Of a stretch of 64,000 nucleotides of DNA, positions 55,923 through 64,000 are shown in pieces (position 1 is the first letter of the stretch; the number at the start of each line of letters is the position of its first letter). Origin of the DNA: an uncultured Acidimicrobiaceae bacterium. Its GTDB lineage: Bacteria > Actinomycetota > Acidimicrobiia > Acidimicrobiales > RAAP-2. Below the pieces are notes generated by a model that saw nothing but the letters and a program-made list of their open reading frames with translations, searched no databases and was not told the DNA's origin. The translations under genes were made by a program, and so were the position numbers. The DNA lies in the NCBI GenBank assembly GCA_963719485.1, contig OY970387.1, positions 1,899,717-1,963,716 on the forward strand, read 5' to 3'.

Positions 55923-58763
55923 ATGGTTGGGAGCCGCTCTCTGCGCCTACGACGTGGGACTGGCCTCCTGGGCCGGGGCGAAGAATGCGATGTCCTCGAT
56001 GGGTTGGTGGAGGGGGTATGCCGAGGCGAGAGTCGAGTCTTGGTTGTACGCGGGGAGCCGGGTATCGGCAAGACAGCCCTGCTGAAGTACCTCGTGCAGC
56101 GGGCCTCGAAGTGCCAGGTGAGCCAGGCCGTGGGAGTCCAGTCGGAGATGGAATTGGCATTCGCAGGGTTGCATCAGCTGCTAATGCCTCTGCTAGGTCG
56201 CATTGAGGACCTGCCGGCGTCTCAGCGTGACGCTCTCTCGACCGCGTTTGGGATCGGTCCGGGATCCGCGCCAGATCGCTTTCTGGTGTCACTCGCCGTC
56301 CTGAGCCTGCTGTCGGACGCGGCCGAGGTGCAGCCGTTGGTCTGTGTAGTGGATGACGAACAGTGGCTCGACCGCGCGTCGGTCGAAGTGCTCGAATTTG
56401 TAGCTCGTCGTCTTGGCGCAGAATCAGTCGGCTTGGTCTTTGCGGTTCGTGAGTCGAGCAATGAGTTGGCGGGACTGCCGAAACTAACTATTGGAGGCCT
56501 ACGTGAGGTCGACGCGAACGCATTGTTGGACTCAGTTCTCACTGGGCCAATGGATGTGAGAGTGCGTCACCGCATCGTCGCCGAAGCGCATGGCAACCCC
56601 CTGGCGCTGCTTGAGCTGCCGCGTTGCTTGACGCCTGCAGAGCTTCTCGGTGGTTTCGGGCTCCGCGCTGCTGCGCCGCTCGCCGGAAGACTAGAAGCAG
56701 CGTTTGAGCGACGGGTCGATTCTTTGCCCCCCGAATCACGACTTCTGCTGCTCATTGCAGCGGCCGAACCGGCGGGCGACCCGGTTCTGGTGTGGCGGGC
56801 CGCTGATCTGCTCGGAATCCCAAGTTGGGCCGCGACTCCAGTGGCCGAAGCTGGTCTGCTCGAATTCGGGTCGCACGTGCTCTTTCGCCACCCCATCGTG
56901 CGTACGGTCGCCTATTGGTCCGGGGTACTTCGGGAAAGACAGAGAGTGCACCAGGCACTCGCAGATGCAATCGACCCGGAGCTCTACCCAGAGTCGCGCG
57001 CCTGGCACCGGGCACAGGCCGCATCCGGACTCGACGAGGATGTGGCCTTGGAACTGGAGAGTGCCGCGGGGCGAGCCCGTGCACGAGGGGGTTCGGCTGC
57101 AGCGGCAGCGCTTCTTGAGCGTTCCGCCATGCTGACATTCGACCAAACCCGCAGAGCCGAGCGCCTGTTGGCGGCCGCAAGAGCGACACGTGACGCTGGA
57201 GCACTCGAGGATGCGCTCAGTCTGCTCGCCCCCGTGGAGACTGGCCCACCTGATTCCCTCAGGATTGCAGAGGTAGAGCATCTTCGAGGTCAGATTGCAC
57301 TGATGCAGCGACGGGGGGAAGACGCAGGTCGCCTGTTGCTGTCCGCAGCGGGACGTCTTACTCCGATTGACGCAGGATTGGCGCGCCAGACGCACTTGGA
57401 ATCGCTCAGGGCCTCGATCTGGCAGGGTAACTCGCTGGAGGCAGCGAAGGCTGCCCGCGTCGCCCCAGCAGGACCACATGCGCAGCGCGACATCGATGTC
57501 CTGCTCGATGGCTTGTCGATCAGGTTGACGAAGGGACATGCAGCAGCAGCGCCTGTGCTAGCTGGAGCGGTCGAGGCCTTCTTAGGTCGTGACGCCGGCA
57601 TCGATGAAGAAAGTCGCTGGCTCTGGATCGACGGTGCCAGCATCAGTGCCGACATTGCCCTCGATCTGTGGGATGCAGAGTCCTCGGAAAGGTTGGCCCG
57701 TCGCATGGAGCAGTATGTCCGCGAGGGCAGTTCACCCATGCGTCTGCAATTCGTTCTCGCGATCGTCGCCAACGCTGACCTTCTTGCTGGGAAATTGGAT
57801 GAGGCGGCGATGATCGTCGACGAACATCACGTGATCGCCGAGGTAACCCGGACTGCACCGGTGGCGTACGTCGAAATGATGCTCGCTGCGTGGCGAGGCG
57901 ACAAGGAGGTGGCGTCGAATCTGATCGGGATCAGCCTCCAACATGCCGAAAGGGGGAGCCTAGGCAGACTCACCACTCTTGCGAAGTATTCCACTGCGGT
58001 GCTCTACAACGGCCTTGGACAGTATGACGCCGCATGCGAAGCGGCCACCAAGGTGTTCGAGAATGACGAGTTGGGCATGGGACCGCTTGTGGTCCCGGAA
58101 TTGGTCGAGGCGGCTTCCAGGATTGGCGCCACAGCACTCGTCCGATCCACTCACGACTGGGTACGCGAACGAGCACGAGAGTCGCCCTCTGATTGGGCGC
58201 TTGGTACCGAAGCCGGCGTTCGCGCGCTCTTGAGCGATGGCGAGGAAGCCGACAACCTATTTCGGGAGTCGATCAAGCGACTCGAGCGGACCTGCGTCCG
58301 CCCACAGGTAGCTCGCGCCCATCTGAGGTACGGCGAATGGCTGCGTCGAGAGCGTCGCCGAGTGGACGCACGGGTGCATTTGCGGCGTGCTCACGAGATG
58401 CTGGGTTCCATGGGCGTCGAGGCGTTTGCCGAGCGGGCCCGTCGTGAACTTCTAGCGACAGGTCAAACTGTCCAGAAGCGGTCTGTTCAGACGAGTAGCG
58501 AGTTGACTCCGCAAGAGGCTCAGATCGTGTCGCTGGCTCGACTGGGTTTATCGAATCCTGAGATCGGCACTCGACTCTTCATCAGTCCTCGCACGGTCCA
58601 GTACCACCTACACAAGGTCTTTCTGAAGCTTGACATCAGCGCTCGGGAGCAGCTCGACAGCATCTTGCCCGGTGACGACAACGCCGCCGTTTCGGCGCGA
58701 CCTCCAACTCGCCACAGTGTTCAACAGGCGACTCGGCAGCCATGGGCCGACCCGCATAGGTGA
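55923..58763 (+). CDS. LAL-type (large ATP-binding LuxR family) transcriptional regulator
   Basis: 946 aa with Walker A 'GEPGIGKTALL', TPR-like central helices and the C-terminal LuxR HTH 'LTPQEAQIVSLARLGLSNPEIGTRLFISPRTVQYHLHKVF'. Confidence 0.9.
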   Translation: MVGSRSLRLRRGTGLLGRGEECDVLDGLVEGVCRGESRVLVVRGEPGIGKTALLKYLVQRASKCQVSQAVGVQSEMELAFAGLHQLLMPLLGRIEDLPASQRDALSTAFGIGPGSAPDRFLVSLAVLSLLSDAAEVQPLVCVVDDEQWLDRASVEVLEFVARRLGAESVGLVFAVRESSNELAGLPKLTIGGLREVDANALLDSVLTGPMDVRVRHRIVAEAHGNPLALLELPRCLTPAELLGGFGLRAAAPLAGRLEAAFERRVDSLPPESRLLLLIAAAEPAGDPVLVWRAADLLGIPSWAATPVAEAGLLEFGSHVLFRHPIVRTVAYWSGVLRERQRVHQALADAIDPELYPESRAWHRAQAASGLDEDVALELESAAGRARARGGSAAAAALLERSAMLTFDQTRRAERLLAAARATRDAGALEDALSLLAPVETGPPDSLRIAEVEHLRGQIALMQRRGEDAGRLLLSAAGRLTPIDAGLARQTHLESLRASIWQGNSLEAAKAARVAPAGPHAQRDIDVLLDGLSIRLTKGHAAAAPVLAGAVEAFLGRDAGIDEESRWLWIDGASISADIALDLWDAESSERLARRMEQYVREGSSPMRLQFVLAIVANADLLAGKLDEAAMIVDEHHVIAEVTRTAPVAYVEMMLAAWRGDKEVASNLIGISLQHAERGSLGRLTTLAKYSTAVLYNGLGQYDAACEAATKVFENDELGMGPLVVPELVEAASRIGATALVRSTHDWVRERARESPSDWALGTEAGVRALLSDGEEADNLFRESIKRLERTCVRPQVARAHLRYGEWLRRERRRVDARVHLRRAHEMLGSMGVEAFAERARRELLATGQTVQKRSVQTSSELTPQEAQIVSLARLGLSNPEIGTRLFISPRTVQYHLHKVFLKLDISAREQLDSILPGDDNAAVSARPPTRHSVQQATRQPWADPHR

Positions 58764-59094
58764 AAGCATTGAGTGGAGGTGGCACCGAGGTCCCCCGCCC
58801 CCTCGACACCTGTCCCCAGAGCGCAGAGCGCTCGAGCCCCTGATACTCGGGTCGAATCCATGACCCGTTCGTGGTCGACCGATTTGTTCGAGCGGCTCAT
58901 CGACGATGTCCGATTCGGTCCCGCCGCAGAAGTCCATAAAGCGTTCCCTCTCTGCCACGAGGTCGACGGTGAGAACACACTGGTCTTCGTTTGGCGCGCG
59001 CGGAGCGAAGCGGCTTGCGAAGACTGGCCAGTAGGTAGATGCGAACCGCCCCGAGTCCCCAAGAAAATGGAAGGAGGCCAAAGGGAGCTGTTGC

Positions 59095-59943
59095 GTGGGT
59101 GTGTCCAACAATTCAACGATCGAGCCGCACTTCCGGACAATCGATGGGCTCTCGATCCGCTTTGCAGAGAGCCAGAGTCGGGGTGACGACGCACTGCTGT
59201 TATGCCCGTGGCCGGAGAGTCTCTTTGCCTTCGACCAGATGTGGGGGCGACTCGCAGAACAAGCGCACCTGGTGGCGATCGATCTCCCAGGTTTTGGTCA
59301 CTCGGAGCGCAGGAATGCCCTTTTGTCTCCCAAGGCGATGGGCGAGTTCATTGCACGGGCGGCTGACGCATTTGAGCTCGAGGAGCCGCACGTGGTGGGA
59401 CCTGACATTGGCACGGGGGCATTGCTTTTAGGCGCAGCTCTCCAGCCGGAGCGCTGGCGCAGCCTGGTTGTGGGAGGTGGGGCGGCGGCGTACCCACTGC
59501 AGCTGGGTCCTCCGCTGACGGAGTGGGTCGGAGCACCAGACGTCGAAGAGCTGAAAAAGGTTGACCCCCGCCAACTGGTAGCGGGCGCACTCAGTGCGAT
59601 GGAGCACTACGAGATCCCTCCGGACATCCGAGAGGACTACCTCTCAGCTTACGAGGGGGACCGCTTCGTGGAGTCCATGCGCTTCATACGCGCGTACCCG
59701 ACTGATCTTGCCCTCCTCCGCGACCTCCTCCCACAGGTGAGAACGCCAGTGCAGATCATCGCCGGCGGAAGCGACTCTGCCGTGCCAAGGAGCAATGCCG
59801 AGTTTCTCCATGAGCGCATCCAGAACAGCAAGTTGGACTTCATCGATGCTGGGCACTTCGTTTGGGAAGACGCGGCCGACGAGTACGCATCCCTCGTTGC
59901 CAGCTGGTGGGACGGGGGCTTCAGCACCTTCAGTTCTGCTTAA
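59095..59943 (+). CDS. alpha/beta-fold hydrolase with Asp at the nucleophile elbow (paralog of 53680..54534)
   Basis: 282 aa with 'VAIDLPGFGHSE', 'HVVGPDIGTGALL' and 'IDAGHFVWED'. GTG start. Confidence 0.8.
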   Translation: MGVSNNSTIEPHFRTIDGLSIRFAESQSRGDDALLLCPWPESLFAFDQMWGRLAEQAHLVAIDLPGFGHSERRNALLSPKAMGEFIARAADAFELEEPHVVGPDIGTGALLLGAALQPERWRSLVVGGGAAAYPLQLGPPLTEWVGAPDVEELKKVDPRQLVAGALSAMEHYEIPPDIREDYLSAYEGDRFVESMRFIRAYPTDLALLRDLLPQVRTPVQIIAGGSDSAVPRSNAEFLHERIQNSKLDFIDAGHFVWEDAADEYASLVASWWDGGFSTFSSA

Positions 59944-59978
59944 TCGCCCGGACCGGGCTCTTAGAGAAGGAGAGAAAC

Positions 59979-60254
59979 ATGGCAGTCGCTGTCGTTATCG
60001 ACGTTCCCAATGGCAACCAGCAGTTCTACGACCAGGTCCTCCCAACGTTGTTTCCGGATGGAACGATCCCGGATGGGTGGGTCATACACATCGCCGGTCC
60101 GACCGACGCCGGGTGGCGGATCGTGAATGTGGTCCCGTCCCAAGAGGCGTTCGAAGCCTTTGCCGCTGAGAAGCTTGGCCCGACACTCCAGCAAGTTGAA
60201 GGCGTGAAGCCGACGATGACGTTCTTCCCTGTCTACAAGATCATCGAAGCGTGA
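59979..60254 (+). CDS. small hypothetical protein (91 aa)
   Basis: The ATG at 59979 follows GAAGGAGAG, within ORF 59862..60254. Confidence 0.55.
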   Translation: MAVAVVIDVPNGNQQFYDQVLPTLFPDGTIPDGWVIHIAGPTDAGWRIVNVVPSQEAFEAFAAEKLGPTLQQVEGVKPTMTFFPVYKIIEA

Positions 60255-60325
60255 ACGTTCCCCTCTCCTCGTCGAGAAGGGCCGTCATTCCTCCACTATT
60301 GAGTCCGAATCGCTAAGGAGATGGC

Positions 60326-61177
60326 ATGGTCATTCGCTTGTCAGTAGACGTCCTAAACAGTGGCTATAAGCCGATCCCCGGGGGCCCGGGGTGGGACCCG
60401 AATCAGCAGGCCACATGGCCGGCGCGGACGGCGACGTTGATCGCGGGCAACCGTGATGCAATTCTGGTTGACGCATTCCTCACTAAGTCCGAGGGCTTGG
60501 AGTTGGCCGACTGGGTGAAGGAGTCCGGGAAGAGTCCATCCTTGGTATTCATTACGCACGGCCACGGAGACCATTTTTTCGGAGCCGGTCCAACACTGGC
60601 TGCCTTCCCTGATGCGCAGCTCGCATCGATGCCCGAGGTGGTGGAAGAGGCGGCGGCTCAGGTGGTCCCAGAAGGTGTGGCTGTGTGGAATTCTTGGTTC
60701 GCGGGGCAGTTCGACGAGAATGCCACCGTACCTTCTGCCCTGCGGTCCGCTGATCTCGAGATCGATGGACGCGAGGTCCGGGTGAGCCTTGCCGGACAGG
60801 GCGACGGCGTGCTTGGGGCCGTTCTCCATGTGCCGGATATCGAACTGGTGTGTTCTGGCGATATTTTGTACAACAACATCCACATGTGGTTGTGGAATTC
60901 CACGCCCGAGAGCCGTTCGGCCTGGCTCGCTTCCATGGACGCAGTGGCCTTACTCAAGCCGAAAACGATCATCACGGGACACAAGGATCCCGCCGCACCC
61001 GACGATGATGCACGGCGGATCCTGGATCAGTCCCGTAGGTACATCGAAGATTTTGAGAAGGCGCTGGCCAATGCAAGCTCCGCGCCAGAGGTGATCAGTT
61101 CCATGATGGAGAAGTACGCGTCGTACGGCAACCCGTACACATTGTTCGCCGCGGCCTGGTCCCAGTTCGGTTCATAG
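60326..61177 (+). CDS. MBL-fold metallo-hydrolase
   Basis: 283 aa with 'FITHGHGDHFFG'. AAGGAG RBS. Confidence 0.88.
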   Translation: MVIRLSVDVLNSGYKPIPGGPGWDPNQQATWPARTATLIAGNRDAILVDAFLTKSEGLELADWVKESGKSPSLVFITHGHGDHFFGAGPTLAAFPDAQLASMPEVVEEAAAQVVPEGVAVWNSWFAGQFDENATVPSALRSADLEIDGREVRVSLAGQGDGVLGAVLHVPDIELVCSGDILYNNIHMWLWNSTPESRSAWLASMDAVALLKPKTIITGHKDPAAPDDDARRILDQSRRYIEDFEKALANASSAPEVISSMMEKYASYGNPYTLFAAAWSQFGS

Positions 61178-61276
61178 AGATCAACAAGACGAAGTGCGGC
61201 TTGCGATTCACTGGAGTCGACGCAGTCTCGCTGAATTGCCGGTCAACGTCTCTAGACTTCAGCTAGTTGTTGGCGG

Positions 61277-61864
61277 TCAACCTGGTTTCGTTCTGTGGCC
61301 GCTATTGCGAGGCGAGTGCGAGCGGCGACGCGATACGGGAAGCTCGGCGTCAACCTGGTCAGCAAGGTCACACGGGCTTTCGACAGGGTCGAGCGCGTCG
61401 AGTCGAGTGGCGAGCAACCGAACCTGGGCGCGGAATGATTCGCAAGCCGCCGTTTCGAGGGGTGCGAGGAGCTGGGCTTCAGCAGCTCGGAGGCGCTCAT
61501 CGAGCTCCCTGAGAACGTCAGAACCGTGTCGGGTGGCGACAATTCTGCGCGCTCGCCGATCGGCCGGGTCAGGACGGCGTTCGATCATGTTCGCCGCCTC
61601 GAGGTCGTCGAGGAGGTAGGTCATGACGGTGCGATCGATGCCGAGGTGCTGGGCGAGTGCGAGCTGGCTCCCAACAGCGCCTTGGGCGGCCGCAGAAAGC
61701 ACCTGGTAGCCCCGTGGCCCGCCGGGAAGGCCGGCAACGGCGCCGTGAGCGGCTGCGACATAGGCACGAAACACGGTGCCCAGGCCCCAACCGAGGTCGT
61801 CTGCCAAGGCGTCGCCGCAACCACCGACGTCCCCGATTTCGCCTCTACCAGGGGCCTCATCCAC
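61277..61864 (-). CDS. MarR family transcriptional regulator
   Basis: It has the winged-helix region 'QLALAQHLGIDRTVMTYLLDDLEAANMIERRPDPADRRARRI'. The start is uncertain (GTG 61864; the ORF-track start at 61918 is a TTG). Confidence 0.8.
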   Translation of the reverse strand: MDEAPGRGEIGDVGGCGDALADDLGWGLGTVFRAYVAAAHGAVAGLPGGPRGYQVLSAAAQGAVGSQLALAQHLGIDRTVMTYLLDDLEAANMIERRPDPADRRARRIVATRHGSDVLRELDERLRAAEAQLLAPLETAACESFRAQVRLLATRLDALDPVESPCDLADQVDAELPVSRRRSHSPRNSGHRTKPG

Positions 61865-61903
61865 CTCTACATCATACGCCCCCAAGGTCGGAAGCGTTGC
61901 AAT

Positions 61904-61948
61904 ACAGATACTCTTCAAATATGATGATCTGTCTTACATAGTATCTGT
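61904..61948. promoter_or_regulatory. 9-bp inverted repeat ACAGATACT ... AGTATCTGT in the MarR/oxidoreductase divergent region
   Basis: Read directly. Arms are at 61904-61912 and 61940-61948. Confidence 0.45.
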
Positions 61949-61970
61949 CCGAGATGACACGAGGAGCGAT

Positions 61971-63014
61971 GTGGAGAACGACGTGACAAGAAAACGGACA
62001 GGAAACCCGACGGTTGTCGTGGTCGGTGGCGGCTATGGGGGCATCGCGGTGGCCAAGGCGCTGGACGAGACGCACGACGTCGTGCTCGTCGAGCCGAAGG
62101 ACGCCTTCATGCACAACATCGCCGCCCTCAGAGCGCTGGTGGATCCGTCTTGGATCCCGAAGATCTTTCTCCCCTACACAGGGCTGCTCACGAATGGCCG
62201 AGTCGTCCGCGACCGTGCTGTTGTGGTCGACCCCCATCGGGTGGTGACGGCGTCGGGAGAGGAAATCTGGGCTGACTACATCGTGGTGGCCACCGGGTCG
62301 AGGTATCCCTTCCCGGCCAAAACGGACCTCGAAGACGCCCACCATGCACAGGAGCAGATTCGCCGAACGCACGACGCGCTCACGCAGGCCGGCCGGGTAC
62401 TCCTGGTAGGTGCTGGCCCAGTCGGCATCGAACTCGCCGGAGAGATCCGCCACGCGTGGCCAGAGAAGTCGATCGTCCTGCTCGACACCTCCGACGAGAT
62501 TCTCGGTGGTCCATACAACCCCGAACTCAAGGCCGAACTCCGACGACAGCTGGTCGAGGTCCGCGTCGAGCTGATCCTGGGCAGCCCACTGCGCCAGCCA
62601 CCGCCGACTGATCCTGGGCAACTGGAGACCTTCACGGTGACCACGGAAGCTGGGACGGAGGTCACTGTCGACATCTGGTTCCGCTGCTACGGCGTCGTGC
62701 CCAACAGCGACTATCTCGGAGACGACCTGGCAGTGGCTCGCCACTCGGACGGGTTTCTCGAGGTCGGTCCCACTCTCCAAGTCACAGGACAGACAACGGT
62801 GTTCGCCGTCGGGGACGTCTCCACCGCCGACGCCAAAATGGCGGGCTTCGCCGCGCGCCAAGCCACCACCGTGGCGGAGAACATCGCAGCCCTCAGTCGA
62901 GCAGGATCCCTCAACAACTACGAGTCCATGGGTGTCGCTATCGCCGTGCCAATCGGACCCAGGGGCGGCGCGGGTCAATTCCCGGAGAGGACGAAATCGT
63001 GGGGAGCGAGATAA
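61971..63014 (+). CDS. NAD(P)/FAD-dependent oxidoreductase (FSP1/AIF-like, type-II NADH dehydrogenase fold); C-terminus apparently frameshifted
   Basis: The GTG at 61971 follows GAGGAG, within ORF 61776..63014. It has 'VVVVGGGYGGIAVAKAL' and 'VLLVGAGPVGIELAGE'. The conserved-looking tail continues in another frame to 63094. Confidence 0.8.
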   Translation: MENDVTRKRTGNPTVVVVGGGYGGIAVAKALDETHDVVLVEPKDAFMHNIAALRALVDPSWIPKIFLPYTGLLTNGRVVRDRAVVVDPHRVVTASGEEIWADYIVVATGSRYPFPAKTDLEDAHHAQEQIRRTHDALTQAGRVLLVGAGPVGIELAGEIRHAWPEKSIVLLDTSDEILGGPYNPELKAELRRQLVEVRVELILGSPLRQPPPTDPGQLETFTVTTEAGTEVTVDIWFRCYGVVPNSDYLGDDLAVARHSDGFLEVGPTLQVTGQTTVFAVGDVSTADAKMAGFAARQATTVAENIAALSRAGSLNNYESMGVAIAVPIGPRGGAGQFPERTKSWGAR

Positions 63015-63155
63015 TCGCCGAGGTCAAAGGCCGAGACCTGATGGTCGACCGCTTTAGCGAACTCTTCGGACTTGCTGCCTCCACGACGTCGTGACCGACC
63101 AGACGCAATCAGATCCTTTCACTGGGCCTGGCTCACACCGAAGAGAGGTAACGCA

Positions 63156-64000
63156 ATGACCATCCAAAGCATTGAATTCGGCTTGGATTCCTTCGCTCCG
63201 ATTAGCGTCGACGAGTCTGGTCGAGAAATCAGCGGCGACCTAGTTATTCGCAACACTGTCGAGGAGGCGGTTCTCGCCGACTCCGTCGGGATCGATTCCT
63301 TCAATATCGCTGAGCATTACCGACGGGACATGATGGATTCCGCTGGGCACGTGATCCTTGCTGCGATCGCGGGTCGTACCGAGCGCATCCGGCTCGGAAC
63401 TTCCGTGACTGTATTGAGTACACAGGATCCTGTTCGGGTTTACACCCAGTTCGCCACCCTCGACGCAGTTTCGGACGGCCACGCGCAACTCATCGTCGGT
63501 CGCGGTTCGCTAACGGAGTCGTTCCCGCTCTTCGGCTTCGATCTCAGCGACTACGAGGAGCTCTTCGAAGAGAATCTCGATCTCCTCATGCGTCTCTTCC
63601 GCGACCAACCCGTTACCTGGTCAGGCAAGTTCCGCTCTCCTCTCACGGATCAGTATCTCAGCCCGCCTCTTCCAGAAGGGCATTTACCTACCTGGGTCGG
63701 AGTTGGCGGCAGTCCGCAGTCGGTGATCCGGGCTGCTCGTTTCGGACTACCGCTCATGCTCGCTGTTATTGGCGGCCCTCCAATTCGCTTTGCACCATTG
63801 GTCGAGCTCTACACCCGCGCACTGGAGAAGTACGGATATCCCCAGCTTGGAATCGGCATGCATTCTCACGGTTTCATCGCCAGGACCGACCAGGAGGCCG
63901 TGGATATCCAGTACCCGCATTGGGCTCACATCTTCGAGACCGCAGCAACGGAACGAGGATGGGCCCATCCGACGATGGAGCGATTTCAGACTGAGATCGC
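63156..64000 (+). CDS. LLM-class (luciferase-like) flavin-dependent oxidoreductase, 3'-truncated by the window end
   Basis: Own translation from the ATG at 63156: MTIQSIEFGLDSFAPI...SFNIAEHYRRDMMDSAG...RLGTSVTVLSTQDPVRVYTQFATLD...IVGRGS. It is open to the window end and absent from the ORF track. Confidence 0.8.
   Translation, partial: MTIQSIEFGLDSFAPISVDESGREISGDLVIRNTVEEAVLADSVGIDSFNIAEHYRRDMMDSAGHVILAAIAGRTERIRLGTSVTVLSTQDPVRVYTQFATLDAVSDGHAQLIVGRGSLTESFPLFGFDLSDYEELFEENLDLLMRLFRDQPVTWSGKFRSPLTDQYLSPPLPEGHLPTWVGVGGSPQSVIRAARFGLPLMLAVIGGPPIRFAPLVELYTRALEKYGYPQLGIGMHSHGFIARTDQEAVDIQYPHWAHIFETAATERGWAHPTMERFQTEI

Noticed and set aside
58773-59186. ORFs between the LAL regulator and the second Asp-hydrolase (plus strand 58773..59186 with an internal ATG at 58860; minus strand 58608..59111).
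   Set aside because: The two ORFs overlap each other and the neighbouring genes. Codon third-position GC is only moderate in both, and neither has a recognisable family or convincing RBS. I cannot decide whether either is coding.
12058-64000. Interpretation of the region downstream of the tRNA as a mobile integrative element.
   Set aside because: I found no integrase, recombinase, transposase, conjugation gene or repeat of the tRNA 3' end in the window. Only the boundary scar and the compositional change are supported.

Overview
High-GC (by eye about 65-70%) actinobacterial-type chromosomal window, gene-dense, with three zones.

(1) 1-12 kb is a conserved cell-envelope/morphogenesis neighbourhood. 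It holds a DUF2342 zincin-like protein, a membrane-anchored HtrA-like PDZ protein, an isolated mreB, a HEAT-repeat protein, a PDZ/Lon-type S16 protease, a DivIVA-domain protein with an unusual Cys-rich C-terminal domain, and a UPF0182 membrane protein. As I recall, this resembles the Rv3193c-Rv3195 region of M. tuberculosis. By eye, two of the protease-like proteins have lost their catalytic motifs.

(2) An initiator tRNA-Met (11984..12057) marks a sharp boundary. Directly after it comes about 760 bp of degraded, lower-GC sequence containing a truncated LivH permease fragment. Then comes a roughly 36 kb CoA-dependent catabolic island (12.8-48.7 kb):
- 4 amidohydrolase_2 paralogs, 4 AMP-forming acyl-CoA ligases and 4 crotonase-fold proteins
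- a MaoC dehydratase, an acyl-CoA dehydrogenase and a fused double family-III CoA-transferase
- a DUF35/SCP2-thiolase pair, a P450 and an SDR
- a Liv-type ABC importer and 3 TetR regulators

The strongest signal in the window is a recurring AT-rich 18-bp palindrome, (A/C)CATAG-N6-CTATG(T/G). It occurs seven times, always intergenic and usually just upstream of operon starts, which ties these operons into one putative regulon.

(3) 49-64 kb is a lower-GC mixed accessory zone: NTF2-like and LUD-domain proteins, alpha/beta hydrolases, an aldo/keto reductase, AraC, LAL-LuxR and MarR regulators, an MBL hydrolase, an FSP1/AIF-like flavoprotein and a partial LLM oxidoreductase.

Two genes show apparent frameshifts (the DUF35 gene near 33110 and the flavoprotein near 62975). 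I saw no rRNA, CRISPR array, integrase or transposase.
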